Assembly (NCBI GenBank): GCA_001599295.1
Contig: BCGN01000005.1
Span: 1,426,001 to 1,485,630, forward strand
Reading direction: 5' to 3'
From: Sporopachydermia quercuum
Lineage: Eukaryota
DNA: 59,630 nucleotides
Shown here: positions 12,374-23,860 of the stretch, piece by piece
Numbering within the stretch: position 1 is the first letter of the stretch
How the letters are laid out: each line of letters opens with the position of its first letter
Translations under genes and position numbers: made by a program
Notes under the pieces: model-generated
Told to the model about the DNA's origin: nothing
Seen by the model: only the letters and a program-made list of their open reading frames with translations
The model's database searches: none

Positions 12374-13402
12374 TTAAAATAATGACAAGATGACAAAAGG
12401 GTACCCACCATCTTTCCTTTTGAACATACATGTCAGAGCACTGAAAAATAGAACTATAAGAATAGCAAGGACAATTGCTGCATAATCTCTGATTTGCCTA
12501 TTGTCAATCTTTGGTACCCATAGAACCAAACTACATAGTAGAAGTCCCAATGCGAGGTATGTTGATGCTACTATCACCGACTCAACACCAAGCTGTTGTT
12601 GAAATCCTCCAATGAAAAAGTTCAAGGCCAGCTCACCAGATTTTGATTTCCTACTTGATAGAAAAACAGTGGATCTAATGACATTATACATTTGCCCTGA
12701 CGTGAATACTGCTACCAAAACAACACTTATTATTGAAGCAAATACTCGTCTGATATCCATACCGATATTCATGCGTTCTAGTATCTGTCTGCCTTTCTTT
12801 TTTAAAATAATTAAGACTGAAAGAGTAAAACAAAAGTACGTAAAGAAACTTCCTGCAGCAAATGGTTCATGAATTCTGATGTTCTTGTTCAAATTGTCAA
12901 CAAGAAACTGTGCCAATCGTTTGTTATTGGGTTTGTCTTCATACAACGATAGAACTTCATGAGGATCAACGTTTAAGTTTGCATTAAGACTTTTATTAGC
13001 AGGGAACAAATATACAAAGGGAACACTTCGAACATCCATGAACTTGAAGAATTCTCCGCTGTCAGCAAAATCAGAGTAAGTAAATAAAACTCCGCTTGCA
13101 ACGGAGTAATCCTCATAGTAGGATTTTGCCATTAATGAGTATTCTGGTTGAAATACTGAACAGAGACTACACCCTACCTGGGGATTCATAGCTGTGAATA
13201 GTATCACAAGAACATAATCCCTAGGACCCATCAATTGTCCATAATTCCTATCATTTATCTTAATTAATCGATCTTCAGGATTGATTTGCTGGACCAAAGA
13301 AGCTTGATTTCCATTGCAAGCGTTTGTCAGTAGTATCCCTATTGTCCCCACTATCGCCCAAATGCGCATATGCACATTTGTCGTTGCTCCCAGTATCCTC
13401 AT
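12374..13402 (-). CDS. OST3/OST6: Oligosaccharyltransferase thioredoxin-like subunit (OST3/OST6 family)
   Basis: Signal peptide, lumenal thioredoxin fold with CSLC (CxxC), four TM segments, SGQMYNVIR, QQQLGVES, and C-terminal FKRKDGGYPF. Synteny favours OST6. Confidence 0.9.
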   Translation of the reverse strand: MRILGATTNVHMRIWAIVGTIGILLTNACNGNQASLVQQINPEDRLIKINDRNYGQLMGPRDYVLVILFTAMNPQVGCSLCSVFQPEYSLMAKSYYEDYSVASGVLFTYSDFADSGEFFKFMDVRSVPFVYLFPANKSLNANLNVDPHEVLSLYEDKPNNKRLAQFLVDNLNKNIRIHEPFAAGSFFTYFCFTLSVLIILKKKGRQILERMNIGMDIRRVFASIISVVLVAVFTSGQMYNVIRSTVFLSSRKSKSGELALNFFIGGFQQQLGVESVIVASTYLALGLLLCSLVLWVPKIDNRQIRDYAAIVLAILIVLFFSALTCMFKRKDGGYPFVILSLF

Positions 13403-14185
13403 TATTCCACGAAGGGTTTGAGTGCAAGTATCTACAGGTGTATGTACAACAGCCGACCAATGTTGTCATACCTACACTTACAATCTAACCCCGTTTCCTC
13501 ATTAAAGAAATGTTCACTATCAGAAGAATATTTCATTCCAGCTGAATAAACTATCTTTGATATCAAACAGTTGAACATTGTTAATTTGATTCGATTGTTA
13601 CTTTGCTTCCTATTTGATGAACATACAACACGTCTCCTTTCAGAATGTGCTTTATGTTTGAAACGGGAACTTCTGTAGCACGGGACTAAAAATACCTAAA
13701 ACGGTACAGTTTGATTTATTTTGGTTTACAAACGTCAAATGTAAACAACACAAAAAACAAACTAGAGCATTTAGTGGTTTTGTAATCAATTATTATGATC
13801 TGCTATGAAAGAGTCCCACATTTTAGATAATATCAACAACGGGAGAGTTTAACAAAGTGCTTTATTTTAGTTGTTGATTCAATTGTTATATTCTTCAAGG
13901 GCATTAAGCTACTCAGCTACACTTTTTGAAAGGAGAAAAGAGGAAGATTAGGTGTGCCAATTGAAACCTGGTGTTCTGCCCCAACAATTAGTGAGGATCA
14001 ACAAAAAATCGGTGGGATCTCTTGAAGCAACCTAAGCAGTGCTAAGTATTTAGAGTGTTTGAATATTTTATACCAGCTAGACTGTTGGAAGTGGTGAATC
14101 TACTCATTGTATTTTCTTCTGAAAAGCTGATAAAGCATATGAATCTCGATGGTGAGATACTGTGAATAATCTTCAATCAAATACA

Positions 14186-15742
14186 ATGGCCACCACGTTC
14201 CAGAAGACGAAGAAGGCCTTGACCTTGCATTCAAGCAAGATCCACGAACTTGAAGATTCCTTGAATTCCATTAACGAAGAATTACAAGATATTCTAGATA
14301 AAGAAAAAACACGTCAAGGACTAGTGCAAACATTAAAGCTGGTTCATTTTGCTCAACAGAAGGAGAAAGTGAAACAAGCAGGATTTGACCTACTGATAAA
14401 AGAGTACCGTAAGGTATGGAACGAAGTTGGGGCTGCTCATTCACAAATAGAGAACTATAAAGAAAACCAGGAAAAACTGAAAGAGAAGCTGAAAGAAGCC
14501 AACGCCAAGATTGAAGAATTGACCGAGAAAGCAGTGGCTGTGAAAGATCAAAATAAAGAGAATGAAATCACCAAAACCACATCTAAATCAAACCCACCAG
14601 TTCTTTCCGTGATACAGCAGAAAGATTCTTCTGCTTCAGCAGCGGGTGAAAATTCTTTAAAAGAAAAACTAAAAGCCCAAGTTGCTTTGACGGAACAAAA
14701 GAGTATGGAAATAGAAACGCTGAAACAGGAGCTAACTCGTATGAAAGCTCATCTAGAGCGGAAGACATCGTCTGCTAGCTCGAAATCAGCTAGAAGCTCA
14801 TCTACGGCTACAAGGAAAGCATCCACAACCACGGCAACAAGCTCACAGTCCAACACTGCTACTGGGAATAAGAAACGAAAAGCTAATGAGATCGACACTA
14901 CTCCTCAATCTACTATATTCACACCAGAACAACCTTGTAAACGCACTAGGCTCAATGAGCCAATAGTTGAAGAGTCACCCATTGCTCTATCGCCATTTGT
15001 TAAGGTACGAAGTGTTTTAAACCGCATGACCAAATCCAAAGGTTCTACTGAGAATAAAAGCAGCACTACTACTTCCAATGCTGCCAATAATGTCAAAACT
15101 CCATCTAATCCTACCTCATCACAATCTGCACCTCCACCTAAAACTTTTCCTCTTTCTAACTCAGAGTCGAATGAAGAACCTTTGAAACCCTCAAGTACAG
15201 AACTAACAACTCCTAAACCAAGTAAACAGGTTTCCATTGATCTTGCTCCTCCTTCAAGTATATTGAGAGCAACATCACCAACCATTTCCAGTCTAAACAA
15301 ATCTAGAGGCAGAATTCTTGCCACATCAACACCTGCTGTTCCTTCGAAACTGTCTCAGTCAGTCGAAGCTCCTGGAACTGCTACTCGAAGACGAAATACA
15401 AGAGCTACTACAGTTCCCACCCTTGTTACTAAACCTGCAAGTGAGTTAGCTACCAAACATAACTTTGCCAAAAAAGCCAAATCCTTATTTGATGTTTCTG
15501 ATGACGATGATGATTTTAAACCAAAAGTACTGCCACCCAAGAATGGGGATAAGAAAACTGGGAAGAAGAAGATCGGTGGTGTAACTGGTACCAATATGTT
15601 GTTTTCCGCAATGAATAATGAGACACTAACTCCTAAAGGCAAACTGAAGCAACTGAGTATAGGAACCAATAAGGGCAAATTCCGTGAGATCAGTCCCGTG
15701 AAACAACGAAACGAAGCGAAAAGACATTTATTCAAGTTTTAA
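14186..15742 (+). CDS. N-terminal coiled-coil plus disordered S/T/P/K-rich tail; candidate monopolin subunit Lrs4/Mde4 by synteny
   Basis: First ATG at 14186 (the track starts at a GTG); 518 aa. Roughly 200 aa of coiled coil, then a basic disordered tail with about 10 S/T-P sites. The ORF is solid; the identity is inferred from position only. Confidence 0.75.
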   Translation: MATTFQKTKKALTLHSSKIHELEDSLNSINEELQDILDKEKTRQGLVQTLKLVHFAQQKEKVKQAGFDLLIKEYRKVWNEVGAAHSQIENYKENQEKLKEKLKEANAKIEELTEKAVAVKDQNKENEITKTTSKSNPPVLSVIQQKDSSASAAGENSLKEKLKAQVALTEQKSMEIETLKQELTRMKAHLERKTSSASSKSARSSSTATRKASTTTATSSQSNTATGNKKRKANEIDTTPQSTIFTPEQPCKRTRLNEPIVEESPIALSPFVKVRSVLNRMTKSKGSTENKSSTTTSNAANNVKTPSNPTSSQSAPPPKTFPLSNSESNEEPLKPSSTELTTPKPSKQVSIDLAPPSSILRATSPTISSLNKSRGRILATSTPAVPSKLSQSVEAPGTATRRRNTRATTVPTLVTKPASELATKHNFAKKAKSLFDVSDDDDDFKPKVLPPKNGDKKTGKKKIGGVTGTNMLFSAMNNETLTPKGKLKQLSIGTNKGKFREISPVKQRNEAKRHLFKF

Positions 15743-16173
15743 CTGGATGTGGGAAGTGGAAATGTTTGAAGGTACCTGTTGAATAAGCATCTGAGAACCC
15801 TGCTGATATGTGTCGTTAGAACGTTGCTATTATAGATATTATGAAACAAGCGTTGAATTCATTTCTGTTGCGGATGCTACTGATACTAGCGGAAATACTA
15901 CCTTTCAAACCTTTTTTCTGCCTAGTCAGTGATACATTATTATTTAGTTCCTCACAGCGAGAAAAGTTGTTCTGAACCAACAGATAGAGAATACTCATTT
16001 CTCCTTACGTTATGGTATCTATGTACTTTACTCTTGTATTATATAATCTATTGTACATCTATTACTACTATAACTACCACTACTACTATTAATAGTAACA
16101 TTGCCGTCCATTATGACTTATGGCATCATAACATTACACATTATAACATTAACACCATAATCAGTGATACGTT

Positions 16174-17754
16174 CTAGCTCAGCCCAACTAGAAACTCTAG
16201 CTCAAAATGCAAACCCTTCAAAATATCCAAGTAGCGCTGCCCCAATTTCAGCCTGCTCAGCAAATCCTCTCTGAATTTTATGCCTTCTCTACAGCTTTCA
16301 TCTAAATGAGAAAACATACTAACATCATCAACCTTCCATAAAACCAAATGTTTCAGGACAACAACTAAAATAAACAGTCTATCGATAGATAAAGCATCAA
16401 TAGCATAAGGTATAGATACCAATACAGATGGCAGATCTTCAAAAGAAAACGGTGACAGTAGTTCACCAGTTAACTTTTCATACATTACTTCTAGCAACAC
16501 ACTGTTCACTCTACTATCTTTCTCATGACAGAAAAACACATCGATTTCATCAAATGTACCGCTTAGAAGGCAACCGACTACAGTAAAAGAGTATGTCGTC
16601 GCTGGATAGTAACGCGCAACCGTTACATGCTGTGTTACTTCGTATATCAATGATAGCAGCTTTTTTCTCAGTTTCATAGTCTCTATGCCATAAACCTGTC
16701 TGTTGCCAGCATCTGAGGCACATTTACTTGACTTTCTGCCACCAATTTGAGCCTGAATATACTCTGGATTTGAGAAATCTGTCTCAGTTACCTCTGGTAA
16801 CTCATCAGCCCATAAAGGACGTATTATTGTTCGCACATCAGTAGAGGGTTTATCAGGAAAAATGAAATGAAGGATATCACTGGTCCATTGATTGAACACT
16901 TTCTTCTCTTCAATTAATTCAATTATCATTGAATGCTTCAGTGACTTGTAATTATCTTTCAGATACTGGAAGTCTTTCGTCATGATATCGAAATAGAGAT
17001 TGAGAAACTGGGATAAATGCTGCCATCGTTGCATGTGAATCTTACTATCGACATGCATACCACAGTAGAAACACCAGCCTATAAAGCTCCATACTCTTCC
17101 TTTGAGTTTACTATACACTGAATCATTAAAAGATATAGAATTGTCCTTACTACTGTCCTGATCACTAAAGTCTTCATAATCAGAGCTTCTTGAACTGTTT
17201 ATGCCACTTCCTATTGACGGTTTCCTGCGTTCTGATTTATTTCTTTTCAAAATGTCTTTGCTGGTATAGGAAGTTCCTGAAGTCTTTCCTTGGTCACCGC
17301 CTACAAAATAATCAATGGTTTCATGAGGTCTTTTCAGACGATTTGAGTGATCTTGCTGGGTGAATCTGAACACTTCACGGAACAAATCAAGGGCTTCTTC
17401 TTGCTTCCCAGTAATTGAATCAGAATCAACGTTAATAGCATTACACTTATCTGCTTTAGCAACAAACCCATAGAACAAATCATGTAATACTATAAGTGCA
17501 CGTTGATTCAATGTATAATCACCAGTTTTCCCTGATGAAATCTCAGGATAAACACATAGGGTAACCAACAACTTCATGATGTTCACTGAAGGTATTTGGG
17601 CTCCTCCACTGCTATAGAACTCTGCAAACACTTCATTCTCGACGGAACATAGCAGTTGATCATATTCGAGATTGTCATATAGTGCATCTAGATAAGCCCC
17701 AGAGCTGAATTTGTCGTAAAGAAAAATGTCTTTATCGTAATTATAATCAGGCAT
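16174..17754 (-). CDS. NSE5: Smc5/6 complex subunit Nse5 (divergent)
   Basis: Collinear patches resembling S. cerevisiae Nse5 as recalled: YDQLL~YDHVL, IPSVNIMKLLVTL~IPFDIILVLFTL, TLNQRALIVL~TLSRRALKLL, MKLRKKLL~LALRRKLI. Lies near APT1/UNG1, as YML023C does. Confidence 0.72.
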   Translation of the reverse strand: MPDYNYDKDIFLYDKFSSGAYLDALYDNLEYDQLLCSVENEVFAEFYSSGGAQIPSVNIMKLLVTLCVYPEISSGKTGDYTLNQRALIVLHDLFYGFVAKADKCNAINVDSDSITGKQEEALDLFREVFRFTQQDHSNRLKRPHETIDYFVGGDQGKTSGTSYTSKDILKRNKSERRKPSIGSGINSSRSSDYEDFSDQDSSKDNSISFNDSVYSKLKGRVWSFIGWCFYCGMHVDSKIHMQRWQHLSQFLNLYFDIMTKDFQYLKDNYKSLKHSMIIELIEEKKVFNQWTSDILHFIFPDKPSTDVRTIIRPLWADELPEVTETDFSNPEYIQAQIGGRKSSKCASDAGNRQVYGIETMKLRKKLLSLIYEVTQHVTVARYYPATTYSFTVVGCLLSGTFDEIDVFFCHEKDSRVNSVLLEVMYEKLTGELLSPFSFEDLPSVLVSIPYAIDALSIDRLFILVVVLKHLVLWKVDDVSMFSHLDESCREGIKFREDLLSRLKLGQRYLDILKGLHFELEFLVGLS

Positions 17755-18740
17755 CAGACAACTGGATAGTGGATTTTGCTGTTAAGAAATTATGATAATA
17801 AAATGACGTCAAGAAAATCAAATATGCCAGCACAATAGTCTCAAATATCTGTACAGTTGTGCTTTATCGCTACTGATTTAGAATAATGTTCTACTATGAG
17901 ATTTCAGCCGATGAAAGTACAAGGCATTGAGTTTGAAGTATGGCAAGCTTGCAAAACTCTTATTGTTCTGACTGACATGCCTCGTATCCAATAGCTTCAC
18001 ATACAGTGCTACCATTCTCTTTACTGGCAGGCAAAATCGACAAACATTTCATACAATTGTATATACATTTATACTGCTCAATACAAGGAATAGTTTTATA
18101 GGACATCTTTAGTTGCTAAATAGCTGAATGAGAATTGACAAATGAATGCTTTTGGCGTTCCTTATGGTTTCCAACTTGTTTGGGAAACCGGAAACTATCT
18201 GACTTGAAAGGAGACTCGAGGCATATTACTTTCGAGGGGTCCATATAATAGGGACAAATCTAATTATGTTTATACATCTATCTCATGTGATTAAGAGAGA
18301 TGGAATACACAATTAAGGTAAACATTATGCATTGAACGAGGAAGCAAATCGAAAACCAAACAATTACTATTCTCGATCGTTGAAAAGGCATAATTACGAA
18401 AGTCAGGTGATATTATCATACCTGTTTTCGACCGCAAACGCGAACAAGACGGTGTTTGAAAGTAATATTTCTTATCTTCGTATTAGCATTTCTAAGCCTT
18501 CATGTTGATAGGACTTACAACTAAGAATTGAGGTATCATTAAAAGAAAATAAAAGGTAACATCTCATAAAAAACAGCATTTTGAGATCTTTTATTTTATC
18601 ATTTAAAAAATAGAGAAGCTTAGAAAAAGCCTCGCGCTTGATCTAAGTCCAATATTGTAGCAAATGTTTATCTGTTTACTATCATACACATCAACAGAGT
18701 TATCTATTATGCATTTTCATTTCCAATATTCCCTACTACT

Positions 18741-20856
18741 ATGACTCAAGACTTGAAAACACGTTTTCCATTGCCTTTAGATACAGATTCTCTTTGCCAA
18801 ATAATTTCCTCAAGTTTGGACTCAGAGAAAAAAAAGATTAGAGCTAACTGTTGGATGAAGACCAGAGATAAACGAAGTAATATCAGTATCAGACAATGGT
18901 GCTGCGACCTCTGCTCGAGGTAGAAGGACGCAAAATAGAAAACATGGACAAACATATATCAAGCTGTTTAATTTTCATGACCAAATACCAGTCACCATTG
19001 ACTCAGATTCAGATGTTGAGATTGTTGCAGAGAAAACTATTGAAAAGAAATCTNTTTTGCGGGCATTCAGTTTAAAGTCAGATATTTCTTCTAAACCGTT
19101 AAAACTTCGTAGATTTGCATCTCATATTGGTTACAATTGGTCAAGGAAAAGCTCTATCAGCGCTCGTGAAACTGATGAAAGTGCAATGCTTACCGCCAGA
19201 GTCACCAGGTCTCCTTCATCTCCATCAACAACTCCATCTGCTGCCTCCTCGACTTCTGTATCTGCATCTTCATTATTACCTTCGTCATTTGTTCCAGTAT
19301 CAGCATCAACATCAGAATCAGCATCAGCATCAAATACTGCATCAAATTTAGAATCAGCACTAACATCAAAGACACCATCTACGACTTTGGCAAACAAGAC
19401 AACAGCAAATATATTTACAGAATATACCAATGGCATCAGGAAAGCGAGATCAGAATCTCCAAAGCAAACTGTGGAACAGAATATTTACCCTTATCTCAGC
19501 GATTCTGATTTCGAAATGGACTTCTCAGATGAAGAGAACAGCGTTGATCCAACAGAACAATTACGTAGAGTTGAAGCCAGAAAGGACTCAAGAACAATCA
19601 AAGACAAGAACACGATCGGTATTTGAAGATGAAATAGTGAATGCCACATCAAATGATGAGTTCATCAACAGAAAAGTCGATACAACACACCTGTTGGATT
19701 CGGGACTTTTCTCTATTACATGTGCAACGCTTACGAACAAGGAAAGTATCGTGGACCACGAATTTACAATAATTTCGAACATACGAAGAAATCAGATGAA
19801 AAACCAACAGTTTGGCTTATTTCTATTGCCATTCCTACTCGTTATGAGCAATATCAACTGTACGAAATTCTCCCCGGGCGGGTCGAAACAGAGTATAAAC
19901 CAATTGAAGAAATTGGCCAAATTATGGAACTGGTTGGCCGTTATTTTGTTCCTGAAGAGTACTGTAAACTGATATATGATCCATCTATGGGTGACTGTAT
20001 TTATAGACGATTCAAACGCGCAGCACTCACAGGAAAGCTGGATTTTGAAGCTGCTAAGAAAGCTATCAAGGAGTATAATGTTACTATACTAAATCTTCAA
20101 CTCCAAGGGAAAATACTAAAGCATTTCAAAGAAAAGAATAAAAAACATAGAATTGAATTGTCTTTGATCACCCATTTAATTGATCAAGTGTATCAAAGAA
20201 CAGTTTCTCCTGATTCTAAAATGCTCAATGATTACGAGTCCTTTTCTGATGGTACTTATGGTGAACTGTCACCTAACTTNATCAGTAAGATTCTCCGTGG
20301 AGCTAAAATCGATTCTAGATCAATTGTCCTGGATTTGGGATCTGGTGTTGGTAATTTTGTTGTTCAGGCAGCTTTACAGATTGGTTGTGATTCATATGGA
20401 TTTGAGATTATGAAAAAGCCATATAACTTATCTTTAGAGCAAAAAAGAGAAATGATTGAACGAGCAAAACTATGGGGAATCAAACTGGGGAAAATCACTT
20501 TCTATAAAGGAGATTTCATTGAAGTGTCCGAAATTCCCGAAATAATCAAGAAAGCTGATTTGATTCTATGCAATAATCTCATGTTCAAACTTCAATTATC
20601 AGGGAAACTGTATTCATTGCTTGCTGGGGCGAAAGACGGTTGTAAGATTGTTACATTGAGACCATTTTCTACACAGAGGCATAAATTGACGTTGGAAGAC
20701 TTCGAGAAAAACCAAGTAAATGCATTAGATTTACTGCATGTGAAGAAAATACCTTTTGAAAGCGATAGTGTGAGCTGGACTGCTAATACTGGTGTTTATT
20801 ATTTCAATACTGTCAACAGACAAAAGACAATCGAGGAGCTGAAGTCAATGAAGTAG
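18741..20856 (+). CDS. DOT1: Histone H3K79 methyltransferase Dot1 (catalytic core 19720-20856; 5' gene structure uncertain)
   Basis: Core has TYGELSP, VLDLGSGVGN, YGFEI, LILCNN and VSWT motifs. The same frame is open at 18859-19623 (Ser-rich). Tentative exon 1 is 18741-18813 with intron 18814-18865 (GTTTGG...GCTAAC...CAG). In-frame TGAs at 19624-19659 need a second intron or indels. Confidence 0.85.
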
Positions 20857-20982
20857 GGTACTTTAAAGCGACGTCTTCGATCTCATGAATCTCATTGATA
20901 GTTAATGCTTTCATTTTACTTGTACTATCAACTGTCCTGAATTGTGTTGAAGAGACAGATAATTTTTTTCCTCTAAACATCC

Positions 20983-21004
20983 ATATATATATATATATAT
21001 ATAT
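20983..21004. repeat. (AT)11 microsatellite between the convergent DOT1 and APT1 3' ends
   Basis: Read directly from the sequence. Confidence 0.9.
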
Positions 21005-21229
21005 CATTTAGGAATACGAATATCACTGATATTTAATTGCATTATCATAGAACATGTACTATTGATATACGATAGAAGACAACAGACGAAGAAATTTCTA
21101 TATGTAAAAAGACCATTTATAATTTACAATCAACAGAATATTTTTCTATAATCTACTGATAATATTTCTTTCTTTTCTTGCGGTTTCCATTTTTCTTCCT
21201 GAACTGATGATTGACTGCCTCTTTCTCGT

Positions 21230-21790
21230 TCATTCATACTTTTCATCTTGTCCTGTCAAGAGAGTAAATACAGGAGCATCAAGCCTGTCTCTGCCCTTAA
21301 GGAAATCGAGCTCCATAATAAACAAATAAGCAAAAACTTCACTTCCAAGTTTCTTAACTAATTCACCGCCGGCAGCTGCTGATCCGCCAGTAGCAATGAC
21401 ATCATCGACAAATATAACATTGGATCCAGCAGAAATAGCATCAGCTTGCATTTCAAATACGTCCTTCCCGTATTCTTTTTCAAAAACAGCGCTCACAAGT
21501 TTTCCTGGGAGTTTTCCTGGTTTTCGAACGGGAACAAATCCTGCATTCAATTCAATTGCTAAAGCTGGTCCAAAGAGAAATCCTCTTGCTTCTGCAGCTA
21601 CAACGTAATCGACCTTCCTATCAGGGTAGGTTTCTTTGATATGAAGAGCAAAAGCTTCAACCAGAGCTTTTGCTGAGATTGGGTCCTGAAAAATAGGGAG
21701 AATATCTTCGAAAAGAATACCTTCCTTAGGGAAATCAGGATATTGCCTGAGTTTTGATTTCAATAATGCTTTGTATTCCTTTAATGACAT
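21230..21790 (-). CDS. APT1: Adenine phosphoribosyltransferase
   Basis: Start at ATG 21790 (MSLKEYK), 186 aa. Motifs YPDFPKEGILFEDI, EARGFLFG, VPVRKPGKLPG, and the PRPP-binding loop VDDVIATGGS. Confidence 0.96.
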   Translation of the reverse strand: MSLKEYKALLKSKLRQYPDFPKEGILFEDILPIFQDPISAKALVEAFALHIKETYPDRKVDYVVAAEARGFLFGPALAIELNAGFVPVRKPGKLPGKLVSAVFEKEYGKDVFEMQADAISAGSNVIFVDDVIATGGSAAAGGELVKKLGSEVFAYLFIMELDFLKGRDRLDAPVFTLLTGQDEKYE

Positions 21791-22428
21791 TATATATGTT
21801 TGATAGTTCTGTGTTATCAAAAGGAGGAGATTAATCTGATAATCTGCCGTCAAAAGTATTGAAATTGTGCTGTTGATGGAGCATGTGTGATATTAGAAGC
21901 TGATAAACTTATGAAGATTTTGAAGAAAGAATAAATTGGAAATTAATAGTTGTTGACGGGTTTGAGCAAACAGATTGATTGCTTCATGGACGAAAAATTT
22001 ACTAGCGCAAACGTGTATAATTAGGATGAGACTTGAGGTTGGCAGCAAGCTGAGACGTGATGTTTAAAATAGGATGAGATGTGTAAGTAGGATTGTACGG
22101 AAGATATGGGAAGAAGCGGAGAAGAAAGCTGTGGTATTGATAGCATATGTACGGCGACATTTATTGTGGTACTTTTATAAACATGAATAGAAGAAAATAA
22201 AGCAATATNCTCAAAGAACTTAAGCTAAATGTCAGTTCAATTCAATTGGCTGCTATAGTAAATCTGTCATAGGATAATACAGTATATGCTTACATAATCA
22301 CTTAGCAGCTTGCCGTATATATCGTATACCAAATGATTCACTGCAGGCTTTACGAGCATTTCTTATCATTTGGTCATTTAAAACAGTTAAATCATGTATT
22401 CTCATCTAAAATAAGTATTCTTACTATA

Positions 22429-23679
22429 CTAGCTACCTTTTCTCAGCTCTTCAACCTCTTTTAAAGGTTTTCCAGGGGTCAAACTCCAATTGATCAGACT
22501 TGAAGCTCCGTATGTTTTAAGAAGCCATTCATTGGATTTACGGAAATGACCGCAAGTGAAAAATCCTCTTGATGCTGATAAAGGACTTGGATGCACTGAT
22601 TTCAATATATACGTTTTAGGACTCTGGTAACTTGTTAGTATAGTAAAACGATATAAACCAGCCTAGAACAGACTGTTACTGTTCTAACACCAGTAGAGTC
22701 TAATGTTGTGAAATTAAACTGTACTTACTCTCAATTTATCGGCTCGAGCAGCTGCCGGTTTACCCCATGCTAATATAACAACACCCTTAGGACTTTTTTC
22801 AACTACTTTCTTCAAAACCGCTTCGGTGAAATTCTCCCAGCCGAATTTCGCTGCATGGCTGTTTGCCTGATGCGCTCGTACTGTGAGACATGAATTAAGC
22901 AACAACACCCCTTGTTCTGCCCAAGGAGTCAGTAATCCTGCGTTCTTGGTTGGCCTTACAAAATCCTTATAATCGTTCTGCAGTCCTTTGTATATATTCA
23001 TTAACGAGGGAGGAGGAGGTGTTGGTGGTTTAACTGAAAATGCCAATCCATGGGCTTGATTGAAATTATGGTAGGGATCCTGTCCCAGGATTATTACTCG
23101 CACTTTGTCGAGGGGGATGAATCTCGACCAGGAGTATATATCTTCCTGGGGTGGGAAGATTGTTTGAGATTTGAATTCTTGAAGCAACTTTTCTTTCAGG
23201 TTTAAAAAGTATGGTTTTGTTAATTCGTGCTGTAGTGCTTCCAGCCAACTGTCGCCCATTGTCTCATATTCAAGCCTGAAGGATGTTAGTACTGGTTGAG
23301 ATTTGATGAATGAAGACTAACATAAAAAGCAGCAATAAAGTAGAAGTTAAACAAAAACTCACAGTAGAAGTTCTTTTTTGGATTCTGGTAGTAATGAGAA
23401 CCATTTTTCCTTATCAAACGACGATTTAGTAGTAGGCATGTTCATGCTCGATGTATTAGCCCCTACACTATATACACTACTTTTTTCTGCTACTTTTACA
23501 ATAGAAACATCTTTTAGAGAATCCAGTGATTTGATTGGAGCTTCATTGTTCTCATTTTCCTGCTCTTTGGCAGTAGATTTGTCCTTTTTTTCTAAAGGTT
23601 TGAAAAACGAAGTTATTGACCTTGTTTTAACATTACGCGTCACTGGATCAACCAGTTTCCGTTTCACACCTGTAGACAT
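22429..23679 (-). CDS. UNG1: Uracil-DNA glycosylase, 3 exons, 352 aa
   Basis: Exons 23679-23363, 23275-22729 and 22623-22429. Introns GTGAGT..TACTAAC..CAG (87 nt) and GTAAGT..TACTAAC..CAG (105 nt). Motifs GQDPYH, LLLN and HPSPLS; PIP-like TRSITSFF near the N-terminus. Confidence 0.95.
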
Positions 23680-23854
23680 AGTAAAGAATGACTAAATGAA
23701 TGACTGGTGAGCTCAAAATGAAAGTTTGGAAGAATTAGACGTTTCTGTTTATTTTAGAATGAAAAGTTTAGAACACAATGTAAAATAATACAGTGAAAGC
23801 AGAAATAATTTAGATAGGTTGAGGATGTCACTCAGCAGGAGGTGAATAAGAAAG

Positions 23855-23860
23855 ACGCGT
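23855..23860. promoter_or_regulatory. MCB element (ACGCGT) about 175 bp upstream of UNG1; a Cbf1-type ATCACGTGAC lies at about 23902-23911
   Basis: Exact hexamer in an AT-rich promoter; G1/S (MBF) regulation is typical of yeast DNA-metabolism genes. Confidence 0.45.

Noticed and set aside
19624..19659. All DOT1-interrupting stops are TGA (readthrough or recoding?)
   Set aside because: They arise as shadows of GAA/GAT/GAG codons in the +1 frame, and TGA is a normal terminator for several genes here.
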